Shown: positions 1 to 7,784 of the stretch, in pieces
Layout: every line of letters begins with the position of its first letter
How positions within the stretch are numbered: position 1 is the stretch's first letter
Source of the DNA: a virus
Lineage: Duplodnaviria; Caudoviricetes
DNA: 47,614 nt
Virus record (IMG/VR): IMGVR_UViG_3300049183_000012
Location: 1-47,614 of that record
Strand: one strand, 5' to 3'
Made by a program: the position numbers and the translations under genes
The notes under the pieces: generated by a model
Database searches by the model: none
Told to the model about the DNA's origin: nothing
Seen by the model: the letters and a program-made list of their open reading frames with translations, nothing else

Positions 1-127
1 GGGGGTTCAGTGTGGGGACGCTCATGCCAGTTCGCACCCCAGGGTCGACATGATGGAATCGGCCCACGCCTTCGCGAGGGGGTAAGGCACCGCATCGGCG
101 AGGCCGTGCTGCAGCGTCACGCATGGG
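1..127 (+). repeat. 127-bp direct repeat identical to 47488-47614 (circular assembly overlap)
   Basis: GGGGGTTCAGTGTGGGG...GTCACGCATGGG is present at both ends; 127 is a typical assembler k-mer length. Confidence 0.95.
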
Positions 128-696
128 AACGGCAGCAGCGCAGCGTCGGGGTAGCCCTGCAGCTTCGCGCCGCGTTTGGGCCCATAGATGCGGCCGGCGA
201 CCACCGGGTAAGCCATCAGGCTGTCGACACTGCCCGGGAACGGCGCCGCAGGCTTCTTCACATTGGTCGAGTGGGTGAACCACCGGCTGCGTGACTGGTG
301 CGGCTGGTAGTAGTTCATCGCGTTGCACCTCGTCGCCACACACACACGGTCGAGGTCGATAGGGACGACGTTCTCGAAGTTGAACCACTCGAAGGTGATC
401 GCGTCGAGCAGGCGGTCGACCAGGGGCGTCAGGTCCGGAAACTTCGGCGCCCGCATAGCGCGCAGCTTGCTGTGCGACTGGCAGCTCGGCCCGCCGATGA
501 CACCGTCGAAGTGCTGGCCGCGGACCAGTTCGATCAGGTCCGCGAGGTCGTGCGTCAGGGGTTCACCGCCGCAAAGCTCGCGGTACATGGCGCGCTTGTC
601 CGGGTCGATCTCGCACCCTGCGATCACGTTGAACCCGGCGTCCATGTAGGCCCTGTCGAGCAACCCCATGCCGGTGCAGATGGAAAGGACGTTCAA
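22..696 (-). CDS. DNA cytosine-5 methyltransferase
   Basis: C5-MTase motifs: I-like SICTGMG, II CEID, IV GGPSCQ, VI FENV, VIII QSRSRWF. Probable TTG start at 696; the stop overlaps the primase ATG. Confidence 0.85.
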   Translation of the reverse strand: MNVLSICTGMGLLDRAYMDAGFNVIAGCEIDPDKRAMYRELCGGEPLTHDLADLIELVRGQHFDGVIGGPSCQSHSKLRAMRAPKFPDLTPLVDRLLDAITFEWFNFENVVPIDLDRVCVATRCNAMNYYQPHQSRSRWFTHSTNVKKPAAPFPGSVDSLMAYPVVAGRIYGPKRGAKLQGYPDAALLPFPCVTLQHGLADAVPYPLAKAWADSIMSTLGCELA

Positions 697-700
697 GGCC

Positions 701-790
701 GGCGCTTTCTGTAAGAAAGCCCCAAGGTGGAGACCGGGCGAAAGCGCCAACCTCCCCCGTGTGTACGGGCCCCGGTCCCCACCTTGGGGC
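701..790 (-). ncRNA. Candidate structured 5' leader of the methyltransferase gene
   Basis: 719-738 pairs with 771-790 (20 bp, with one G-U on the minus strand) and encloses two small hairpins; alternative pairings cover the RBS region. Confidence 0.5.
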
Positions 791-831
791 ACACAAATTC
801 AGAAGTTGGCGCGTGCGATGCTACGCCGTTT

Positions 832-845
832 TGAGCAACTGCTGA
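832..845. promoter_or_regulatory. Repressor operator-like palindrome TGAGCAACTGCTGA
   Basis: Matches the recurring consensus TTAGCAnnTGCTAA; lies just upstream of a minus-strand TAGCAT -10-like hexamer. Confidence 0.65.
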
Positions 846-891
846 AAGCTTTTTCAGCAGGATTTACCACTACCCGGTAAGGCGTGCTTGT

Positions 892-916
892 AAAAAAGCC
901 GCCTCGGCGGGCGGCT
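892..916 (-). terminator. Rho-independent terminator
   Basis: Minus strand AGCCGCC-CGCCGA-GGCGGCT followed by a T run, right after the stop at 916. Confidence 0.75.
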
Positions 917-1209
917 CAGGCGATGCGGATGTCGCGCGGTAGGCTACTGAGCCACGTCGCGGCCCAGCGCCGGCCACCTGGCCGCACCTCGACCTGAGTG
1001 ACGCGGCCCTCGCACCAGTCGACGCCCAGCGGGGTCAGCGACCAGCAGGCCGTGCCGTTGTTCTTGCCGGGACTGTGCACGAGCCCGTAGGCGACGGCCG
1101 CGCTCAGGGCCTTGTGGGCGTAGACGCCACCGATGCGCAGCTCGACCTGCTGCGAGGTGGCTGGCCCGTGGTCGTACAGGGCGCGGACAGCGAGACGCCA
1201 GGCGCTCAT
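916..1209 (-). CDS. Hypothetical protein (possible winged helix)
   Basis: ATG at 1209 overlaps the upstream stop (ATGA); short helical/beta ORF ending at a terminator. Confidence 0.6.
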   Translation of the reverse strand: MSAWRLAVRALYDHGPATSQQVELRIGGVYAHKALSAAVAYGLVHSPGKNNGTACWSLTPLGVDWCEGRVTQVEVRPGGRRWAATWLSSLPRDIRIA

Positions 1210-2006
1210 ACTAGGTCGAAGTCCCGCAGTTCCTGCCACTGGTTTGACGACTCGACGAGCTCGCACTGCGCAGAGCACGAAATGTCGGGTTCCTCGTCGT
1301 AGCGCCCCGTGTTCGGGTCGAGCTCGTGCAGGTAGAACCGCCGGCCGATCAGCGGGCCGCTGCGATGGCGCAGCAGGCGGGCGCCTGGGCCGATCGACTT
1401 CTCGATCTCGGCCATTTCCTCGAAATCGGCCGGGAAGTCGCGCCGAATCTTGTTCCAGTAGCCGGCCCCGCCCTTCACGCAGCCGATGCAGTTGGCGTTG
1501 TGGTAGCCCATGCGGTACATGAGCGGCAGCACGAGGCCTGCACGCTCGACCATGGCGAGCACGTCGGCCTTGCCGAGCCCTGCGTCGATCAGCGGCGCGA
1601 CGGCGCGCTTGTGGTTGTTGGCGTCAATCCAGTCATCGAACCGGCCTTGCTCGTCGGCGGTGTAGCCCAGCACCAGCGTGTCGCCGGGCTGCTCGTAGGT
1701 GGCGAGCACTTCGCGCTTCAGGTGCTTTGAGCACGGGGCGCCCTGTCGGCCCTTCAGGTAGCGACGCTTGCGGAACAGCGCCCGCGTGGACGCGCCGAAC
1801 TTCTCGTCGCGCAGCACGGTGATCGGGCGACCGAACCATGCTTCGCAGTCGGCCAAGAACCGGCGGTTGTCCGGGTGTTCCTCGACGATGAAGGCGTTGA
1901 CGATGTGTACTTCATAGGCGAGCCCGTACTCGGCAATTGCCAGCTTTGTCGCGACGGCAGAGGCGGCGCCGCACGAGAACTGACAGATGAGGCGGGGGCC
2001 GCTCAC
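1206..2006 (-). CDS. PAPS-reductase-like (PP-loop/adenine nucleotide alpha hydrolase) phage protein
   Basis: N-terminal FSCGAASAVA PP-loop-like motif, EHPDNRRFL, and Cys motifs PCS, NCIGCVKG, CSAQC. Confidence 0.7.
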   Translation of the reverse strand: MSGPRLICQFSCGAASAVATKLAIAEYGLAYEVHIVNAFIVEEHPDNRRFLADCEAWFGRPITVLRDEKFGASTRALFRKRRYLKGRQGAPCSKHLKREVLATYEQPGDTLVLGYTADEQGRFDDWIDANNHKRAVAPLIDAGLGKADVLAMVERAGLVLPLMYRMGYHNANCIGCVKGGAGYWNKIRRDFPADFEEMAEIEKSIGPGARLLRHRSGPLIGRRFYLHELDPNTGRYDEEPDISCSAQCELVESSNQWQELRDFDLV

Positions 2007-2311
2007 TCGCCCTCCTTCACAGTGTCGAACTCAGACGCCACGGCCGCCATGCCGAGGCACTTGCGGGCGAACTCGCAGTTTGCGCAGGCCTCGACCATGT
2101 CGGTGCGCAAAAGCCGCGGCAGGCGGCCCTTGCTGCGCTTGGTGATGGGGCCGGCCGCCTGTTCGATCTCGATGGCGCGGGCGGCGCTCGGCTTGCGGTG
2201 ACGGCACGCGTACTGCTCGAGCACGTTCACGCTGGTGCCCACGCCGTCGGCGAGCTCGATCTGTTCGGCTGCGGTGGCCGCGCGCAGCCAGCGCTTCAGG
2301 GTGTCATTCAT
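2003..2311 (-). CDS. Cro-like HTH regulator
   Basis: HTH-like LADGVGTSVNVLEQYACRHRKPSAARAIEIE; divergent from the cI-like gene; GGAGG RBS. Confidence 0.75.
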   Translation of the reverse strand: MNDTLKRWLRAATAAEQIELADGVGTSVNVLEQYACRHRKPSAARAIEIEQAAGPITKRSKGRLPRLLRTDMVEACANCEFARKCLGMAAVASEFDTVKEGE

Positions 2312-2328
2312 GCGACACCTCCCACGTC

Positions 2329-2394
2329 TTAGGGGGCTGGCACAGCGATTGCCTTAGCAATTGCTGGGATAATGTTTTCGAGGCTTTCATTCAT
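2329..2394 (-). CDS. Small leader ORF (MNESLENIIPAIAKAIAVPAP)
   Basis: Strong GAGAAGGAG RBS; first ORF after the leftward promoter; not in the supplied ORF track. Confidence 0.4.
   Translation of the reverse strand: MNESLENIIPAIAKAIAVPAP
2354..2367. promoter_or_regulatory. Operator-like palindrome TTAGCAATTGCTGG
   Basis: Consensus match in the cro/cI intergenic region. Confidence 0.65.
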
Positions 2395-2411
2395 GCAACT
2401 CCTTCTCCCCG

Positions 2412-2439
2412 ATATTAGCACTTGCTTAAAGTCGCGCAA
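2412..2439 (-). promoter_or_regulatory. Leftward lytic promoter (TTGCGC-N16-TAATAT) with operator TTAGCACTTGCTTA (2415-2428)
   Basis: Sigma70-like hexamers; the operator overlaps the spacer and -10. Confidence 0.65.
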
Positions 2440-2491
2440 GGTAGATAAAAACCCTTGCGCACGCCTTTCACCCCATGCTACCTATCGAACC

Positions 2492-2923
2492 ATGGCTAAA
2501 AAAGACGTTCTAGACATCCGCCGCGAGCGGCTGCGCGAGCTCATGCGAGTGCGCGGCGGGCCTGGCGCCTTGGCGAAGAAGCTGGGCTACTCGTCGGGGA
2601 GCTACCTGAGCCAGGTGGCCGGCCCGACACCCACCCGCGAGATCAGCGAGCGCGTGGCCCGGGCCATGGAGAAACTGCTGACGCTGCCCGACGGCTACCT
2701 CGACCGCGAGGACGATGCCCCGACCAGTGTGCCGGCGGTCGACGTGCAGGCGCCGCTCGTCGCCGACATCGTGCGCGTTGTCTTAGACGTGATCGACGAT
2801 AGCAAGCAGCGGCCCTCGGGCGAGAAGATCGCCCAGGTGGTTGCACTGGCCTACGAGCAGGCGGCCGTGACAGGGCATGTCGATCGCGAATACGTCAGGC
2901 GGCTTCTGAAACTGGTAATCTGA
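2492..2923 (+). CDS. CI-like repressor (N-terminal XRE HTH, no obvious S24 peptidase domain)
   Basis: IRRERLRELM...GALAKKLGYSSGSYLSQV...ISERVARAMEKLLTLPDGYLD is a typical phage repressor N-terminus; divergent from the cro-like gene. Confidence 0.8.
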   Translation: MAKKDVLDIRRERLRELMRVRGGPGALAKKLGYSSGSYLSQVAGPTPTREISERVARAMEKLLTLPDGYLDREDDAPTSVPAVDVQAPLVADIVRVVLDVIDDSKQRPSGEKIAQVVALAYEQAAVTGHVDREYVRRLLKLVI

Positions 2924-2938
2924 AAAGGCAACACTCAG

Positions 2939-3115
2939 ATGACGAGCGAACTGCTCACGCAGCGGATTCAGTACCTGATCGAAGAGGGCAAGGTCTTGGA
3001 AGACCCGCTCGAGGAGCTGCGCCGCGACGTGCGGCGAGCCCTGCGCATCGCCGTGACGGCCATGGTCGTCTGCACCGCAGTCGGGACCCTCACCGCAGTG
3101 TGCGTGCTGCGCTGA
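2939..3115 (+). CDS. Small protein with C-terminal transmembrane helix
   Basis: 58 aa (MTSELLTQRIQYLIEEG...IAVTAMVVCTAVGTLTAVCVLR) between the repressor and a terminator; not in the ORF track. Confidence 0.55.
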   Translation: MTSELLTQRIQYLIEEGKVLEDPLEELRRDVRRALRIAVTAMVVCTAVGTLTAVCVLR

Positions 3116-3139
3116 CGTAGACCAGTTCGCCCCGCGACG

Positions 3140-3161
3140 AGCCGCCTTCGGGCGGCTTTTT
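3140..3161 (+). terminator. Rho-independent terminator closing the repressor operon
   Basis: AGCCGCC-TTCG-GGCGGCT followed by TTTT. Confidence 0.85.
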
Positions 3162-3175
3162 GTTGGGCGCGGGTT

Positions 3176-3257
3176 TTCGCTAGTGCTAAATGTCCTTGCG
3201 CAACTTTTAGCAGACGTCTATAGTCCAGTCCCAGAGCAACCAATTAGCAGTTGCTAT
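3176..3257 (+). promoter_or_regulatory. Rightward early promoter TTGCGC-N17-TATAGT (3196-3224) flanked by operator-like sites (3176-3189, 3244-3257)
   Basis: Canonical spacing; TTAGCAGTTGCTAT and TTCGCTAGTGCTAA match the operator consensus. Confidence 0.7.
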
Positions 3258-3267
3258 AAGGACGGAC

Positions 3268-3504
3268 ATGCTCCGCGATCAACTTGAACTGCCGGTCATC
3301 GAGCCGATCGCCCTGCCGGGGCGCTTCGCCGACTGCCAGTTCGGCGACTTCGACGACACGCCCAGCAAGATCGTCGGCGACTACTTCCTGAAGAAGTACC
3401 GCGACCGCGCCGCCCAGGTGGGCGTGCAGACCGTGGCCCGACAGCTTCGGAAACAGGGGTGCCCTGTCGAGATCGCGGCCGTGATCCTGGCGGTGCGGTC
3501 ATGA
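3268..3504 (+). CDS. Hypothetical early protein
   Basis: AAGGA RBS; first gene of the operon; coupled to the next ORF. Confidence 0.7.
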   Translation: MLRDQLELPVIEPIALPGRFADCQFGDFDDTPSKIVGDYFLKKYRDRAAQVGVQTVARQLRKQGCPVEIAAVILAVRS

Positions 3505-3803
3505 GCGCGCAGCAAGTTGATCTTTCAGGCGCCGAGCTCGACACGCTGATCGCGCTTGTCGAGCGCGGCCCGCTATGGGACGGGGACGTTCCGAGCAAGA
3601 GCGGCCGCGACGGGTTGATCTCCCGGGGACTGGCCGTGAAGGTCGTGGTCAACGGCACCGACGGCTGGCAGGCCGCTACTTACAACGGACGCGACGCCTA
3701 TAAGGCGCATTTCCCCGGGCCCGACGGAGTGGCCGACACGATCCACGAGGCGCGCGTTAACCGGATGACGCGGCGCGCCATCAACAGCGCGAGCGCTAAA
3801 TGA
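3501..3803 (+). CDS. Hypothetical phage protein
   Basis: ATGA overlaps at both ends; GPLWDGDVPSKSGRD motif. Confidence 0.7.
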   Translation: MSAQQVDLSGAELDTLIALVERGPLWDGDVPSKSGRDGLISRGLAVKVVVNGTDGWQAATYNGRDAYKAHFPGPDGVADTIHEARVNRMTRRAINSASAK

Positions 3804-4060
3804 TCCGCGCCCTCATCGCCCTGAACGCAGGCCTGATCCTCGGCGCCCTCTTCGATTGGGCCCCGATCCGCGCGATCCGTCGCGCCTACTGCCGGCTCAA
3901 GCTGCACTACGTGCTGCTCGAGATCGTCGACATCTGCGACGACATCACCGACGCGATGCACGACCGCGACCACCTGCTCGCGGAAGGCCTCACCGATTTC
4001 TACACCCAGTTGTGCAACGAGCGCGACGAGCTTCGAGTGAAGCTGCGCTACCTATCCTGA
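3800..4060 (+). CDS. Hypothetical protein
   Basis: Coupled ORF with a hydrophobic N-terminus. Confidence 0.6.
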   Translation: MIRALIALNAGLILGALFDWAPIRAIRRAYCRLKLHYVLLEIVDICDDITDAMHDRDHLLAEGLTDFYTQLCNERDELRVKLRYLS

Positions 4061-4071
4061 AAGGAAACCCT

Positions 4072-4605
4072 GTGAACGAGACCGCATCCAGCTACACCCC
4101 CGAAGAAAACTACAGCGCGACGCTGCTGGTCGACGGGGGCTACGTCCACATCAACGCGAAGACCTTGGCCGCGTTGGTCAAGACGGTCGCCCAGCTTCGC
4201 CCGACCGAGGGCATCGGCAAGACCACGCCGGCCGAGTCGGTGAAAGCCGAACCCGCGAAGCCCAAGGCCGAGCCGAAGAAGGAAGCCGCCGCGCAGGTGG
4301 AAAAGCAACCTGCCGCTGGTGCGGCGGGGGTTGGTTCTACTCCGACGCCGGCTTCGGCCCCTGCGGCTGTCGCCTCTTCGCAAGCCTCGGCGTCGACTGA
4401 CGAAGCCCCTCGCCCCACCTACGACGACGTGAAGAAGGCGGTTCTCGCGATGGCGAAGATCAGCGGCGACAAGGCGCTCGCGACGCTCAAGTCGTTCACC
4501 GGCCAGAACGGCGAGCCGTGCGACCACGGCACGAAGCTCAAGCTCGAGGACTACCCCGCGTTCCTGGCGAAGGCGCAGCTCGTGCTCGACGAGGTGAAGG
4601 CGTGA
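4072..4605 (+). CDS. Conserved protein preceding DUF2800 in APSE-like replication cassettes
   Basis: AAGGA RBS and GTG start; Ala/Pro linker and C-terminal TYDDVKKAV...KLEDYPAFL helical domain; syntenic position. Confidence 0.65.
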   Translation: MNETASSYTPEENYSATLLVDGGYVHINAKTLAALVKTVAQLRPTEGIGKTTPAESVKAEPAKPKAEPKKEAAAQVEKQPAAGAAGVGSTPTPASAPAAVASSQASASTDEAPRPTYDDVKKAVLAMAKISGDKALATLKSFTGQNGEPCDHGTKLKLEDYPAFLAKAQLVLDEVKA

Positions 4606-5087
4606 GTTTGAAGGACATCCCCGGATTCGAGGGCCGCTACATGGTCAGCGACGAGGGGTTCATCCTCAACCTGCGCACGGGCACGCCGCTCGAGCCGCGA
4701 TGCGACCGCGACGGATACCGGCAGGTCAACCTGTGGAACCCGGAGACGAAGCGCTACACCACCGTCAAGGTGCACCGCGTCGTGGCCCTGGCATTCATCG
4801 GGGAACCGCCAGCGGGTAAGCCGCGGGTCGACCACCGTCGCGGGCTCGCTGCCGGCGACGCCGTGGGCAACCTACGGTGGGCGTCGGCGAGCGAGAACAC
4901 GTTGAACCGCCACGCCCCCGCGCGAGGTGCGTCAGGTGAACTCGGCGTCTGCCTGCGCAAGCATCGCGGCAACCCGTGGCAGGCGTACACCGCCGCTGGC
5001 GGTCGATTCAAAACGATCGGCCACTTCGCAACCAAAGCCGAGGCGGTCACCGCCCGGCGTAACTACATGGAGCAGCACCATGGCTGA
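4602..5087 (+). CDS. NUMOD4/HNH homing endonuclease with AP2-like C-terminus
   Basis: KDIPGFEGRYMVSDEG (NUMOD4), VHRVVALAF, VDH...NLRWAS..EN. Confidence 0.85.
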   Translation: MSLKDIPGFEGRYMVSDEGFILNLRTGTPLEPRCDRDGYRQVNLWNPETKRYTTVKVHRVVALAFIGEPPAGKPRVDHRRGLAAGDAVGNLRWASASENTLNRHAPARGASGELGVCLRKHRGNPWQAYTAAGGRFKTIGHFATKAEAVTARRNYMEQHHG

Positions 5088-6393
5088 ACACGCCAGGCTC
5101 TGTAGCCCCTCGGGGGCTGAAGGATGGTGGGGGTGCGCAGGCCGCATCGTCATGGAAGCCGGGCACGCCGATCAGGACACCGACTACAGCAGCGACGGCA
5201 CGGCGCGGCACGAGGTGTGCGCGACCTGCCTCACCTCGCCGCAGCACCCTGAGCAGTTTGTCGGTCACGGCATCCCCGTGGGTGACAAGACCGTCACCTA
5301 CAAACCCGAATGGGTCGAAGAGGATCAGGACTACGTCGACATCGTGCGCAGCCTGGCCGAGGGCGGCGAACTGTTCGTCGAGCGCCGCGTCAACTTCGAG
5401 GCCTACACCGGCGTGAAGGGTGACAGCTTCGGCACGGCCGACGCGATCGTGCTGAACAAGTTGCCCGACGGCCGCGGGTTCGGCTTCGTGAAGTACGAAC
5501 TGATCGTCGTGGACCGCAAGACCGGCTACGTCGAGGTCGAGGTCGAGCACAACAAGCAGTTGATGCTCTACGCGCTGGGCGCCCTGGCCGAATTCGGCAT
5601 GGCCTACGACATCGCCCGCGTGCGGCTCGTGATCCACCAGCGCCGCGCCCGCGAGTGGGACTGCTCGATCGACGAGCTGCTGCAGTTCGGCCAGCAGGCC
5701 CGCGAGAAGGCGCAGCTCGTCGTCGATGCCGTGGCCGAGCACGGGGTGATCCCGGTCGAGAACTGGCAGCGCATCTACCTGAACCCCGAGCCGAGCGAGG
5801 ACGCCTGCCGGTACTGTCGTGCCATGGCTTCGTGCCCGGCCATGCAGGCGAAGGTGCAGTCGCTCGTTGGCGCCGAGTTCTCAGTCATTGCGCACGAAGC
5901 CGAGAAGGGCATGCCGCTGTCGACTCTGCCGGAAGACCCGGCCGAACTCGGCGTTGTCATGGCCTCGGTCGGTCTGCTGGAAGACTTCTGCAAGGCCGTG
6001 CGTGCGGAGACCGAGCGTCGCCTGCTCGCGGGCAAGGAAGTACCCGGCTTCAAGCTCGTGCTCGGCAAGCAGGGCGCGCGGAAGTGGGCCGACGAGAAGG
6101 CGGCCGAGGACATGCTGCGCAAGCAGTTCCGACTGCCGATCGAGCAGGCCTACGACCTGTCGGTCATCAGTCCGACCACGGCCGAGAAACTGACCAAGGG
6201 TGAGAAGCCCGTGATCGGCCCTCGCCAGTGGAAGACCGCGCAGGCGCTGATCACGCGCAGCGAGCCGAAGCCCTCTGTCGCCCCGATCACCGACAAACGC
6301 GACGCCTACGTGCCGCCCAACGCGGCCGACGACTTCGCACCGATCCCCGAATCTCAACCCCAAGAGGCCGAAGCCGGTCTCGCACTTTGCTGA
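5080..6393 (+). CDS. DUF2800 PD-(D/E)XK (Cas4-like) exonuclease
   Basis: HARLCSPS, GTARH, VERRV, GTADAI, VDRKTG, QLMLYALG, CRYCRA..C. Confidence 0.85.
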   Translation: MAEHARLCSPSGAEGWWGCAGRIVMEAGHADQDTDYSSDGTARHEVCATCLTSPQHPEQFVGHGIPVGDKTVTYKPEWVEEDQDYVDIVRSLAEGGELFVERRVNFEAYTGVKGDSFGTADAIVLNKLPDGRGFGFVKYELIVVDRKTGYVEVEVEHNKQLMLYALGALAEFGMAYDIARVRLVIHQRRAREWDCSIDELLQFGQQAREKAQLVVDAVAEHGVIPVENWQRIYLNPEPSEDACRYCRAMASCPAMQAKVQSLVGAEFSVIAHEAEKGMPLSTLPEDPAELGVVMASVGLLEDFCKAVRAETERRLLAGKEVPGFKLVLGKQGARKWADEKAAEDMLRKQFRLPIEQAYDLSVISPTTAEKLTKGEKPVIGPRQWKTAQALITRSEPKPSVAPITDKRDAYVPPNAADDFAPIPESQPQEAEAGLALC

Positions 6394-6405
6394 AAGACCA
6401 TCACC

Positions 6406-6957
6406 ATGAAACTCACTTCAGTTCGTCTCAGTTTTCCTGACCTCTTCCAAGCCACGCAAGTGAACGGCCAGGGCGAGCCCGCCTTCCGCGCTCAGTTCCT
6501 CGTCGAGGCCGGCAGCGCCCAGCACAAGGAGATCGAAGCCGAGATCGAGAAGGTCGCCGCGGCCAAGTGGCCGAAGGACTACAAGAAGATCCTCGCCGCG
6601 AACGAAGGCATCCCGCAGAAGCACTGCTTCATCGACGGGAAGAAGCGGGCCTATGACGGCTACGAAGGCATGTTCGCCCTGTCGGCCACCCGTCAGGAAA
6701 AGAAGGGCCCGCCGCTGCGCTACGACCAGAAGAAGGTGCTTCTCGACAAGGACAACGGCACGATCTACGCCGGCTGCTACGTGAACGCGAGCGTGTCCTT
6801 CTGGTGCCAAGACAACCAGCACGGCAAGGCCGTGCGCTGCGAACTGCTGGGCGTGCAGTTCGCTCGTGACGGCGACTCGTTCGGTGGCGGCAGCAAGCCA
6901 AACCCCGACGACTTCGACGACATCGCCGAAGGCGCCGCAGCCGCGGACCTGGCTTGA
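6406..6957 (+). CDS. DUF2815 single-stranded DNA-binding protein
   Basis: VRLSFPDLF, IYAGCYVNA, LLGVQFARDGDSFGG and an acidic tail. Confidence 0.88.
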   Translation: MKLTSVRLSFPDLFQATQVNGQGEPAFRAQFLVEAGSAQHKEIEAEIEKVAAAKWPKDYKKILAANEGIPQKHCFIDGKKRAYDGYEGMFALSATRQEKKGPPLRYDQKKVLLDKDNGTIYAGCYVNASVSFWCQDNQHGKAVRCELLGVQFARDGDSFGGGSKPNPDDFDDIAEGAAAADLA

Positions 6958-7610
6958 CCCTCATGCGCACACGCATCGAGAAAGAACGCGGAGGCTGGCT
7001 GCTCCGCGTTTGGAACAAGCGGCACGACGAGGTGGCCTACGCCTCGTTGTCGCTGCAGGGGCTGTGCGCCGAGATCAGTTTCCCGACCGAGTGGCACGAG
7101 AGTGCCCGCGGTTGGGTACGACTCGGGTTCGGGCTGTTCCGTGTTGCCTTCTCGTTCCCGTGGACGCGGCTCGCCCCTGACTACCATCAGTGCAGCGGCC
7201 CGATCTACGGGTTCGTCTTCTTCGAGGACGGGCTGCACTTGCATTGGGGGCAGCAGCAAGGTACGCGCGGCGACCCTTTCGCGATCGTCCGCATGCCGTG
7301 GGCGTGGCGGTTCGTCAAAGGCTCGCACAAGAAATTGAGCGAGCCCGAGACCTACCCCTACATCTACGTCTTGCGTTCAGGCGAAGTGCAGCACCGCACG
7401 GCCACCATTCAGGCGGAAACGCGGGCATGGTGGCGCCCGTGGCTTCCGTTCCGGCGCGTCTACCGCGGCATCGACATCACGTTCAGCGACGAGGTCGGCG
7501 AACGTAGCGGCTCGTGGAAAGGCGGTTGCATCGGCTGCAGTTACGACATGCGGCCAGGCGAGTCGCCTGCTGCAGCGCTGCGCCGCATGGAAGCCGAGCG
7601 CAAATTCTGA
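6954..7610 (+). CDS. Hypothetical Trp-rich phage protein
   Basis: Coupled ORF; FSDEVGERSGSWKGGCIGC motif. Confidence 0.7.
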   Translation: MTLMRTRIEKERGGWLLRVWNKRHDEVAYASLSLQGLCAEISFPTEWHESARGWVRLGFGLFRVAFSFPWTRLAPDYHQCSGPIYGFVFFEDGLHLHWGQQQGTRGDPFAIVRMPWAWRFVKGSHKKLSEPETYPYIYVLRSGEVQHRTATIQAETRAWWRPWLPFRRVYRGIDITFSDEVGERSGSWKGGCIGCSYDMRPGESPAAALRRMEAERKF

Positions 7611-7634
7611 ATACAGCGGGAACGTCCGAATCCT

Positions 7635-7777
7635 AGCCTCGACTAAGCCCCGAGGTAACAAGCCCCAGGAGACCCGCACGGCGTGCCCGGTGATGCTTTG
7701 GCGCTGTGCATCCGGTTCAAGCGGTGGACGTTGGCAACCACATGGCCGCGATCCTGGGGAACAGGCTCTTTTTCTTT
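7635..7777 (+). ncRNA. Candidate multi-stem RNA upstream of the DNA polymerase
   Basis: CCCCAGGA (7663-7670) pairs with TCCTGGGG (7752-7759) and encloses three hairpins; a U-rich tract follows. Confidence 0.4.
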
Positions 7778-7784
7778 GGAACCT

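Noticed and set aside
5080-6393. Cas4-like protein as evidence of a CRISPR system
   Set aside because: It is the usual DUF2800 nuclease of the replication cassette; no repeat-spacer array or other cas genes were seen.
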